A stretch of 64,000 nucleotides of DNA. Source: Alphaproteobacteria bacterium (GTDB lineage: Bacteria; Pseudomonadota; Alphaproteobacteria; UBA6615). The DNA lies in NCBI GenBank assembly GCA_022449545.1, contig JAKUPN010000005.1, positions 3,897-67,896 on the forward strand, read 5' to 3'. Positions 1-8,474 of this stretch are shown in pieces. How positions within the stretch are numbered: the first letter of the stretch is position 1; every line of letters starts with the position of its first letter. A program made the position numbers and the translations under genes. The notes below the pieces were generated by a model that had not been told where the DNA came from, searched no databases, and was given only the letters and a program-made list of their open reading frames with translations.

Positions 1-2
1 AT

Positions 3-572
3 CGGTTCCAGAAAGAAGGAATTAGCGCCATAAAAACTCGTGAACCAGGAGGGGCTCCTACCTCTGATGCTATTCGTTCATTATTGGTGTCAGGTGAAAC
101 TTCATTTTGGGAACCAATATCAGAAACAATGTTACACTTTGCAGCAAGGCATGAACATATTGTCAAAACCATTAATCCTGCTCTAGATGAAGGTCAATGG
201 GTGGTTTCAGATCGTTTTTCTGATTCAACCATGGCATACCAGGGTTATGGGCAAGGTGTTAATAAGAGTATTATTGATTCTTTATATAGTTTAACCGCTG
301 ATAATATTGAGCCAGATTTAACACTCATTTTTGATTTAGAACCAGAAGTTGGACTGAAAAGGGCTATAGACAGGAATAGATCACTTTCATTAGATGAAGA
401 CAGATATGAGCGCATGAATATTGAGTTTCATAGAAAACTACGTGAGGGTTTTTTAGATATAGCCAAAAACAATCCCAAGAGGTGCCGTATAGTCAATGCA
501 CAAGGTTCATTAGAAAATGTTGCAAGCCGTGTCTGGGAAGAGGTCTCGAAAAAGTTTTCTTTTGGTCAATGA
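3..572 (+). CDS. tmk: Thymidylate kinase (5' partial, begins before window)
   Basis: The frame is open from position 3 (RFQKEGISAIKTREPGG...). It has the TREPGG and V-S-DRFSDSTMAYQG motifs and PDLTLIFD, and lies upstream of holB. Confidence 0.96.
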   Translation, partial: RFQKEGISAIKTREPGGAPTSDAIRSLLVSGETSFWEPISETMLHFAARHEHIVKTINPALDEGQWVVSDRFSDSTMAYQGYGQGVNKSIIDSLYSLTADNIEPDLTLIFDLEPEVGLKRAIDRNRSLSLDEDRYERMNIEFHRKLREGFLDIAKNNPKRCRIVNAQGSLENVASRVWEEVSKKFSFGQ

Positions 573-585
573 AATTTGAATTTTT

Positions 586-1668
586 ATGACAATTAATTTA
601 GAGATAATTGAGAAAATAGAGGCGCCTCGTTCAACTTCCTCATTAATAGGACATCAGGATGCGATAGAACATTTGGAAAGGGCAATTAATAAAAACAAAT
701 TACCTCATGGCTGTATTCTCTATGGCCCAAAAGGAATTGGAAAATCTACACTTGCCTGGCATTTTATAAAATCAATTCATTCAAGAGACATGCTTAAGTC
801 TGGGACATTGGAAAATGAAAGACGAAATAATAAAATCACAAGTCAAATAGTGGCTGGTTCACACCCAGACTGTCGTCTTATTCGACGTAACAAAAACACC
901 AAACCGCCATATCGAATAAGAAAAGATATATCAGTCGACGACATAAGATTGATGACACGTTTCTTTAATTTAACACCCACACTTAGCAAATGGCGTACGG
1001 TAGTCATAGACTCTACTGATGATATGAATCAAAATGCACAAAATGCACTTCTCAAAATCTTGGAAGAACCTCCAGCAAACACTCTAATTATATTAATTTG
1101 CCATTCAATACATAGTCTACTACCCACAGTTTCATCTAGATGTTTAACGCTCAAGCTTCGACCTCTATCTATTAAACAGGTAAATCAGATATTACAGGAA
1201 CAGGATTTAAACATTCCAAACGTAGATCTACAATTATTATCGTTTTTGTCAGATGGCTCTCCCGGCAATGCAATTAATCTATTAGAAACAAACGGCCTAG
1301 ACCTGTATAAAACATTAGTAGAAATAGTTTGTAATTTGCCATCAATGAACGAATCCCTTTTACATAAAACTGCTGATTCACTATCAGGAGCTTCCGAAGA
1401 GTTATCATATAGAACGTTCATAGATTTAATTTTATGGTGGCTAAGTAGGATTATCAGATATTCTGCAGGAAAAAGCGGTGATGAAGAAGTGGAAATAGCC
1501 CCTGGTGAAATGAAAATTATTGATCATATATCGGGTAATGATCTAGACAGATTGTTAAATGCTTGGAATAGAATAAATATTCTTATTAAAAGATCCGATT
1601 CAGTAAACTTGGATCGTAAGCAGGTGATCTTGAATATATTTTTTGAACTATCCAAGGCTGCAAGATAA
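586..1668 (+). CDS. holB: DNA polymerase III subunit delta'
   Basis: GPKGIGKST Walker A-like motif, HPD, NALLKILEEPP and TVSSRC motifs; tmk-holB-metG synteny. Confidence 0.95.
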   Translation: MTINLEIIEKIEAPRSTSSLIGHQDAIEHLERAINKNKLPHGCILYGPKGIGKSTLAWHFIKSIHSRDMLKSGTLENERRNNKITSQIVAGSHPDCRLIRRNKNTKPPYRIRKDISVDDIRLMTRFFNLTPTLSKWRTVVIDSTDDMNQNAQNALLKILEEPPANTLIILICHSIHSLLPTVSSRCLTLKLRPLSIKQVNQILQEQDLNIPNVDLQLLSFLSDGSPGNAINLLETNGLDLYKTLVEIVCNLPSMNESLLHKTADSLSGASEELSYRTFIDLILWWLSRIIRYSAGKSGDEEVEIAPGEMKIIDHISGNDLDRLLNAWNRINILIKRSDSVNLDRKQVILNIFFELSKAAR

Positions 1669-1703
1669 ATGCAATTATATTTTTAATTAGTAAAGTAGAA
1701 TAA

Positions 1704-1919
1704 ATGTCTAAAATATTTGATCGTTATCTTGATTTATTAACTTACTGTATGTGGGGAATAATATTATTAGGGGCAATAGATCATTTTTTCGTTAAGTTCT
1801 TGCCCAAGGAGATTTCAGATTTAAGTATTTATATAATGTGGCCTTTATTGCTTTGTGTTTGGTATGGGCACAAACATAAAGCAAGAATAAAAGCTCAAAA
1901 TAAAAAAGAAAATAACTAA
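1704..1919 (+). CDS. Small hypothetical membrane protein (2 predicted TM helices, Lys-rich tail)
   Basis: A 71-aa ATG ORF that fills the holB-metG gap co-directionally and has two hydrophobic stretches. Confidence 0.6.
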   Translation: MSKIFDRYLDLLTYCMWGIILLGAIDHFFVKFLPKEISDLSIYIMWPLLLCVWYGHKHKARIKAQNKKENN

Positions 1920-1938
1920 TGTTTAACTATCAGATATT

Positions 1939-3513
1939 GTGGACAGAGCTTTGACAAAACAAGAATTTTATTTAACCACGCCAATATATTATGTAAATGA
2001 TAAACCTCATATTGGACATGCATATACAACATTAGCATGTGATGTACTTGCTCGATTTCATAGACTGGATGGCAAAAACGTATTTTTCCTAACAGGGACG
2101 GATGAGCACGGTCAAAAAGTTCAAAAATCAGCACAGGCGGCAGGTAAAGAGCCACAAGAATTCACCAATCAATTAAGTCAAAACTTTCGTCGCTTAGCAG
2201 AAGAAATGAATTATTCCCACGATGATTTCATAAGAACGACTGAAAGCAGACATATTAAAGCAACACAAGATCTTTGGACGAAAATAAGAGATAATGGACA
2301 TATATATTTAGGTAGTTATTCGGGTTGGTATGCGGTTCGAGATGAAGCATTTTATGGAGAAAAAGAACTATCAATTAATGATAAGGGACAAAAGGTAGCC
2401 CCATCAGGAGCTGAGGTTGAATGGGTTGAGGAACCCAGTTACTTCTTTGATTTATCAAAATGGCAAGAGCCATTACTAGATCTTTATGATAAAAATCCGA
2501 ATTTTATAGGACCAAAAAGCAGAAAAAATGAGGTTGTTAGCTTTGTAAGAGGGGGGCTAAATGATCTTTCAGTAAGCAGAACTAGCTTTAAATGGGGGAT
2601 ACCAGTACCGGGCGATCCAGACCATATAATGTACGTTTGGTTAGATGCTTTGAACAATTATCAAACAGGCGTTGGGTACCCAGAAACCGAACAGGGAGCA
2701 TACAAGAGCTTTTGGCCTGCTGATCTTCATATGGTTGGCAAAGATATTCTGAGGTTTCATGCTGTTTATTGGCCGGCATTTTTAATGGCGGCTGGACTAA
2801 GCCCTCCAAAAAGAATATTTGCACATGGCTGGCTTCTTAATCGAGGTGAAAAGATGTCTAAATCGCTAGGGAATGTGGTCACGGCAGCAGATTTAACAGA
2901 AAATTATGGGCTTGACGCTGTTCGCTATTACCTTCTCAGAGAAGTACCCTTTGGGCAAGATGGTTACATAAGTCACGAAAGTATGGTGGGCAGGATAAAT
3001 GGGGATTTGGCTAATGATTTGGGTAATCTTGTACAAAGAGTTTTATCCATGGTTAACAAAAATTGTGATAGTAAGATACCCATTCCAGGAGAACTAACCG
3101 AAGAAGATATCACACTCCTCAAGGCATCGGAGGAACTTCATCTTCTAGTAAGAGCCGAATTTGATGAACAGGCGTTTAATAAAGGCCTAGAATTAATCTG
3201 GAAAATAATAGGTAATGCTAACCGGTATATCGATAAGCAAGCACCATGGGTGCTGCGTAAATCTGATCAGTTGAGAATGCAAACAGTCTTATTTGTTCTT
3301 ATCGAGGTTATTCGAAAAGTCTCTATTTTAATTCAGCCAATTATGCCTGATTCAGCATCTAACATATTAGATCAAATCGCTTCCCCAATTGATGAGCGTC
3401 AATTTTCAAACTTGAATGATAAATTTTCTGTAAATCCGGGAACTAATCTTCCTAACCCATATCCAGTTTTTCCAAGATACGTGGAAGAAGAAAGCCAAAA
3501 CGGTAACACATGA
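1939..3513 (+). CDS. metG: Methionine--tRNA ligase (short form)
   Basis: TTPIYYVN, PHIGH (HIGH), GTDEHGQK, YVWLDAL, GKDILRFH and KMSKSLGN motifs. Confidence 0.98.
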   Translation: MDRALTKQEFYLTTPIYYVNDKPHIGHAYTTLACDVLARFHRLDGKNVFFLTGTDEHGQKVQKSAQAAGKEPQEFTNQLSQNFRRLAEEMNYSHDDFIRTTESRHIKATQDLWTKIRDNGHIYLGSYSGWYAVRDEAFYGEKELSINDKGQKVAPSGAEVEWVEEPSYFFDLSKWQEPLLDLYDKNPNFIGPKSRKNEVVSFVRGGLNDLSVSRTSFKWGIPVPGDPDHIMYVWLDALNNYQTGVGYPETEQGAYKSFWPADLHMVGKDILRFHAVYWPAFLMAAGLSPPKRIFAHGWLLNRGEKMSKSLGNVVTAADLTENYGLDAVRYYLLREVPFGQDGYISHESMVGRINGDLANDLGNLVQRVLSMVNKNCDSKIPIPGELTEEDITLLKASEELHLLVRAEFDEQAFNKGLELIWKIIGNANRYIDKQAPWVLRKSDQLRMQTVLFVLIEVIRKVSILIQPIMPDSASNILDQIASPIDERQFSNLNDKFSVNPGTNLPNPYPVFPRYVEEESQNGNT

Positions 3514-4280
3514 TTGTAGACAGTCATTGTCATTTAGACTTCGAGGATTTTAGTGTTGACCTAGATGAAGTGATAGACCGCGCCATGGAAAATGGAGTGG
3601 GGGAGATGCTGACTATATGCACCCATCTTAGCCGATTTCAAAATATATTAGATATTGCAGAAAGATATTCTAATGTATGGTGTACGGTAGGTGTTCACCC
3701 TCATGAATCAGAATCCGAGGGACAAAAAACTGCTGAACGTCTCATTGAATTATCAAGACATCCTAAGGTTATAGGTGTAGGTGAGACTGGTCTCGACTAT
3801 CACTACAACCACAGCTCGTCAGAGAAACAATGTCAAAACTTTTTATCCCATATATCCGCTGCTCAACAAACTGGACTACCATTAATCATACATTCAAGAA
3901 ACGCAGATAAAAATATGATTGAAATACTAGAAAGTGAGTATAAGTCTTGTCCCTTCACTGGCGTTATGCATTGTTTTAGTAGTGGCCTGGAGTTAGCACT
4001 AAAAGCCGTTGAGATTGGATTGTACATTAGTTTTTCAGGTATAATAACTTTCAATAAAGCGCAAGAAGTAAGGGATATCGCTAAACAACTGCCACATAAC
4101 AGATTGCTTGTTGAGACAGATTCTCCATTTTTAGCACCAGTTCCTAATAGAGGTAAAAGAAACGAACCTTCATACGTGGTGCATACGGTTAGTCAACTAG
4201 CGGATATAATTAACGTAAATCAAACAGATCTTATCAATATAACCACAGCTAACTTTCATACACTTTTCGACACGAGATAA
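3510..4280 (+). CDS. tatD: TatD family nuclease
   Basis: DSHCHL, GVHPH, GETGLDY, HCFS and ETDSPFL motifs; ATGA overlap with metG. Confidence 0.95.
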   Translation: MIVDSHCHLDFEDFSVDLDEVIDRAMENGVGEMLTICTHLSRFQNILDIAERYSNVWCTVGVHPHESESEGQKTAERLIELSRHPKVIGVGETGLDYHYNHSSSEKQCQNFLSHISAAQQTGLPLIIHSRNADKNMIEILESEYKSCPFTGVMHCFSSGLELALKAVEIGLYISFSGIITFNKAQEVRDIAKQLPHNRLLVETDSPFLAPVPNRGKRNEPSYVVHTVSQLADIINVNQTDLINITTANFHTLFDTR

Positions 4281-4364
4281 CTTTTTAACTTATTTTATTA
4301 AATAATTAGTTCAATAAATAGTCCTAAGCCATTGTTATAAAATATAAATATAAGAGATTATATG

Positions 4365-4392
4365 ATTTAACATAATATATATTATACGCATT
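4365..4392 (-). other. dif site (XerC/XerD chromosome dimer resolution site)
   Basis: The minus strand reads AATGCGTATAA-TATATA-TTATGTTAAAT against E. coli dif GGTGCGCATAA-TGTATA-TTATGTTAAAT. The XerD arm matches 11/11, the core 5/6 and the XerC arm 8/11. It lies in an AT-rich intergenic spacer. Confidence 0.9.
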
Positions 4393-4446
4393 ATAGTTAA
4401 CTCACCCTATTAACTTAAGTTTTTTAAATTAGTAGAAATTAAGCAG

Positions 4447-5277
4447 ATGATAAAAAATGAACTTGAAAACCTAGTACAAGTAATGAAAGAGCTACGAGAT
4501 CCTGCAGTAGGATGTGAATGGGACAAGAGACAGACATTTGAATCTATTGTTCCCTATACTATTGAGGAAGCCTATGAGGTTGCAGATGCAATAGACAATA
4601 AAGACTATGTTGCCCTAAAAGAAGAACTTGGTGATTTACTTTTACAAGTTGTATTCCATTCTCAAATGGCTGAAGAGATAAACGAATTTAATATAAATGA
4701 CGTAATTAATACGGTTATATCTAAATTAAGAAATCGTCACCCTCATATATATAATACAAAAGAAGTTGAAAACTTAAGCGACCTGGAGACTAACTGGGAA
4801 AAAATCAAAGCTAGAGAAAGAGAAGTAAAAGCATTAAGCCAAGGGAAAGATATAAGTGTGCTTGACAACATACCAAACAATTTACCTTCAATTATACGAG
4901 CAGAAAAACTACAAAAAAGAGCTGCTACAATCGGGTTTGACTGGGATGATATAGATCTCGTCTTTGCAAAAGTTCTAGAAGAAATAGAAGAGTTAAAAGA
5001 TGAAATTAACGCAGCCAATGATTCTGAGAGAATTTTAGATGAGTCAGGTGATTTGCTTTTCGCCTGTGTTAACGTGCTTCGTCACCTTAATATAAATCCA
5101 GAAGTAGCCTTAAGAGCCGCAAACCATAAATTTGAGAGAAGATTTCGTATTCTTGAAAGTTTACTCGGCTCGAACGGGACTCAAAAGAATATACATCCGC
5201 AAGAGCTTAATATTTTATGGGAAAAGGCAAAAACAATTATCAGACAATCACATGATACTAATGAAAGTCAAAACTGA
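4447..5277 (+). CDS. mazG: Nucleoside triphosphate pyrophosphohydrolase MazG
   Basis: LRDP..GCEWD..QT, EEAYEV, EELGDLLLQVVFH and RHPH motifs, plus a second MazG domain with KFERRF. Confidence 0.96.
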   Translation: MIKNELENLVQVMKELRDPAVGCEWDKRQTFESIVPYTIEEAYEVADAIDNKDYVALKEELGDLLLQVVFHSQMAEEINEFNINDVINTVISKLRNRHPHIYNTKEVENLSDLETNWEKIKAREREVKALSQGKDISVLDNIPNNLPSIIRAEKLQKRAATIGFDWDDIDLVFAKVLEEIEELKDEINAANDSERILDESGDLLFACVNVLRHLNINPEVALRAANHKFERRFRILESLLGSNGTQKNIHPQELNILWEKAKTIIRQSHDTNESQN

Positions 5278-5337
5278 ATTTACTTCAGTCACTTTTCTCC
5301 TATATGTTATGAGTTATCGTTCTGATAATTCATGGGG

Positions 5338-5637
5338 TTATGGTTCTGTTCCATCCCTGGTGCCGTAGATCTCACCTAGTAATTCAATTGTTTCTTCATC
5401 CATATGTGGATCAATACTATGGTACATGCTATCACGCACTTCAGAGCGTGGGGCGTTTCTCATTCTAGTAAGCTCTATGTAACCGCCTGTTATAAACAGA
5501 TGTCTGATCCACTCTTCAAAACTATATAGGCTAGCACCTTCCGAAAATTCTTTTTTCTGATTTTCATATTCGGTTTTAAACCACTGAACACTTTCTTCAT
5601 CTATAAAAATACGCGTAATATTTAGGTTAATGTTCAT
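5338..5637 (-). CDS. Hypothetical acidic protein (orphan)
   Basis: A 99-aa ATG ORF filling the gap between mazG and the inositol monophosphatase gene; no family recognised. Confidence 0.6.
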   Translation of the reverse strand: MNINLNITRIFIDEESVQWFKTEYENQKKEFSEGASLYSFEEWIRHLFITGGYIELTRMRNAPRSEVRDSMYHSIDPHMDEETIELLGEIYGTRDGTEP

Positions 5638-5759
5638 CTTAATTTACCTTGTCCCAATTTTAGATAATAAAATATCTGCCGGTACAACAAAATGAAAATT
5701 CTAACTTATCTTATCAGTAAGTTTATAATTGTCCCCTCGCCTATCCTACTATTTAATGA

Positions 5760-6557
5760 TCAGTTATTTTTTTCTATTAATGAGACTATGTGATTCCAAA
5801 TATCATAATCCAGAGCACTCAACAGATTTCCTTCAGTAGTCATAGAATTGTACTCCCTTCTATCAACCAAAGCACTTACTCCTCCAGACTCGGAAATTAA
5901 GAAACTTCCAGCAACATGGTCCCACGGCCTTAGCCTAGTATAAGCAGTAAAACTTATAATAGATTCCAATAACTGAATATATTCATGACCGGCACAGGTG
6001 GGTTTATTTACTTCTCCAATTTGAAGTTCATCTTGTTTAACTATGTCATACAGATAATTGGCTGCAGTCCCATCGTATTTATGAGCGCTTTTATTAATAA
6101 CCAATTCAACCTTTTTATGATTTATATAAGCTCCAGACCCTTGTTCACCATGGGCAATCTTTTTTGAAATAGGCTCATATATCCAGCCAGCTAGTGTATT
6201 TCCTGATATAACTAACGCTATAATTACAGCAAATATATCACTACCTTTAGTAAAATTATGCGTACCATCGATAGGATCAATAATCCATACAGGACTATCA
6301 TTATTCAATAGATTAAATAGATCGTTTCTTTTGTAAGAAGCCTCTTCACCGATAACGTGGCTACCTGGAAGGAGATCACATAATCTTTGAGACAGAAAAG
6401 ATTCAGATTCCATATCGGCAACAGTCGTTAATTCTCCAAAATCTTTTTCTTTTATATCGGATAAATCAAGTTTTTTATGACGAGGTAATATAATTTCATC
6501 AGAAACCTCTATTAATAATTGGCTAACCTTTTCAACATCAATTTTTAAAAGGGACAT
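5760..6557 (-). CDS. Inositol monophosphatase family protein
   Basis: TVAD..SE, GEE, WIIDPIDGTHNF and PWDHVAG..L..E.GG motifs. Confidence 0.93.
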   Translation of the reverse strand: MSLLKIDVEKVSQLLIEVSDEIILPRHKKLDLSDIKEKDFGELTTVADMESESFLSQRLCDLLPGSHVIGEEASYKRNDLFNLLNNDSPVWIIDPIDGTHNFTKGSDIFAVIIALVISGNTLAGWIYEPISKKIAHGEQGSGAYINHKKVELVINKSAHKYDGTAANYLYDIVKQDELQIGEVNKPTCAGHEYIQLLESIISFTAYTRLRPWDHVAGSFLISESGGVSALVDRREYNSMTTEGNLLSALDYDIWNHIVSLIEKNN

Positions 6558-6564
6558 AACTAAT

Positions 6565-7911
6565 TTATTCTTTATTTTTACTATTTTCTGACAGTCGATT
6601 TATATATCGAATGTGATTTTTTGGACTTAAGCAAACTGATATATGAAAATACTGATCGGTATCTCTTCTTTCTATTATGTCACCATTTTGATAAAGCCAA
6701 GCCAACATAGAACCGTCATTGAGAGGAACATCTACATCTAAAACTACATATTCTGACAAAACATAGTCAGATATCTTTTTCAGCAGCCCTAAACAACCCT
6801 CTCCAGTTAATGCCGATAAATTTATTACATTTTGACTCCTTGAAGCTATGTTTTGAAAATAGTCATAACGCTCTTTCTCTAGCAAATCAGTTTTATTGAA
6901 CACTTCAATTATTGGAGGAATATTATCTGCACCTATCGATGAGTTATCAAACAAGTCAGTTAAAATTAAATTAACATCTTTTTGCTGTTGCTCAGTTTCA
7001 TCGTGTGAGACATCCCTTACATGAAGCACCAAATCTGATGAGACAACCTCTTCTAGAGTTGATCTAAATGCAGCTATTAAATGAGTAGGTAAATCTTGTA
7101 TAAACCCTACGGTATCAGAGAGAATTACGTTTTGCCCACTTGGAAGAGACAAAGAACGCATTGTGGGATCTAATGTAGCAAACAACATATCTTCAGCTAG
7201 TACTTTTGATTTTGTGAGTCTGTTAAATAGAGTCGATTTACCTGCATTTGTATACCCGATCAAAGAAACTATTGGATAGGGAACTCGTTTGCGCGCTGTT
7301 CGATGCAAACCCCGAGTCCTAACAACTTTACGTAATTGTTTTTTAATTTTAGCAAGACGTTGATCAATTAATCTTCTATCAAGTTCTAATTGACGCTCAC
7401 CCGGTCCACCTAGAAATCCCGCCCCGCCCCTTTGACGTTCCAAATGAGTCCAAGATCTAACTAATCTACTCCTCTGATATGTTAGAGCAGCGAGTTCAAC
7501 CTGCAACGAACCCTCTTTTGTTCTCGCACGATCACCAAAGATTTCAATTATAAGTCCTGTCCGATCAATAACTTTTAACTTCCATTTACGTTCCAAGTTT
7601 CTTTGTTGAACTGGCGTTATAGGAGCTCCTATAATAACAAGACTCACTTTTTTTTCCATAAATTGAGATTGGAATTCAGAGATATTTCCTGGGCCAAAAA
7701 GAGTAGCAGGATGTGTTTTTTTTACATTAACTACTCTTGAATCGACTATCTCTAAGCCAATTGCATTCGCCAACCCAATGGTTTCAAACAACATGGAGTC
7801 AGGGTTTCTTTTGCCAACAGCAGGAGACCCTAGAGCGGGTTGCAATACAATTGCTCGTTCCGGCCAATCCTGATTAGTCTCTGTATTATCTTTGCCGTTA
7901 TATGAAACCAA
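6565..7911 (-). CDS. hflX: Ribosome-splitting GTPase HflX
   Basis: GPGERQLELDRR, GYTNAGKSTL, LFATLDPT, SDTVGFI and NKTD motifs; directly downstream of hfq. Confidence 0.97.
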   Translation of the reverse strand: MVSYNGKDNTETNQDWPERAIVLQPALGSPAVGKRNPDSMLFETIGLANAIGLEIVDSRVVNVKKTHPATLFGPGNISEFQSQFMEKKVSLVIIGAPITPVQQRNLERKWKLKVIDRTGLIIEIFGDRARTKEGSLQVELAALTYQRSRLVRSWTHLERQRGGAGFLGGPGERQLELDRRLIDQRLAKIKKQLRKVVRTRGLHRTARKRVPYPIVSLIGYTNAGKSTLFNRLTKSKVLAEDMLFATLDPTMRSLSLPSGQNVILSDTVGFIQDLPTHLIAAFRSTLEEVVSSDLVLHVRDVSHDETEQQQKDVNLILTDLFDNSSIGADNIPPIIEVFNKTDLLEKERYDYFQNIASRSQNVINLSALTGEGCLGLLKKISDYVLSEYVVLDVDVPLNDGSMLAWLYQNGDIIERRDTDQYFHISVCLSPKNHIRYINRLSENSKNKE

Positions 7912-7921
7912 AACTTATATA

Positions 7922-8179
7922 TTACTCTTCAGTATCTAATTCTTCTGTTGATGGTTCAAATAACTGTATAGGGGTTGAAGGCATAATTGTTGAAATAGCG
8001 TGTTTATAAACAAGCTGCGAATGAGTATCCCTTCTTAAAAATACACAAAAATTATCAAACCAGGTGACTATACCTTGTAATTTGACACCATTTACCAAAA
8101 AAACAGTTACTGGGACTTTACCTTTACGTATATGATTTAAAAATACATCTTGAACGTTTTGCGATTTCTCCCCAGCCAT
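7922..8179 (-). CDS. hfq: RNA chaperone Hfq
   Basis: [22 protein letters not shown] and [11 protein letters not shown] motifs; ATG at 8179 preferred over TTG at 8185. Confidence 0.98.
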   Translation of the reverse strand: MAGEKSQNVQDVFLNHIRKGKVPVTVFLVNGVKLQGIVTWFDNFCVFLRRDTHSQLVYKHAISTIMPSTPIQLFEPSTEELDTEE

Positions 8180-8474
8180 TTTCAAACCCCGGACTTTATT
8201 TATTGTTGTTTTGGGACAGCAGTCTAACTGTACAAATTTATCCCTAGGTTTACATTATATAATAGCTCTTCATCTTACATGAATTTTCAGTTTTGTTTAA
8301 TTGGATCATTAGTCTAACCCATAATTCAATCGAATAGAAAGAACTCAATTATTGTATTAATTCTCGTAGTCAACTACTATACTTAAAAAAACTTATATAT
8401 TATGTATTATTTACAATATATTGAAAGACTATATTAATCCTATAAATTAATGATCTATTTAGACTTGTTTGTGT

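Noticed and set aside
3510..5277. tatD plus mazG as a possible anti-phage defence module
   Set aside because: Both are the standard housekeeping forms (two-domain MazG, YcfH-like TatD) in conserved synteny.
8394..8405. TATATATTATGT, a 12-nt match to the dif core plus the start of the XerD arm, as a possible second att/dif site
   Set aside because: The XerC arm is absent and the XerD arm is incomplete; a chance match is likely in a very AT-rich spacer, and no mobile genes lie between the two sites.
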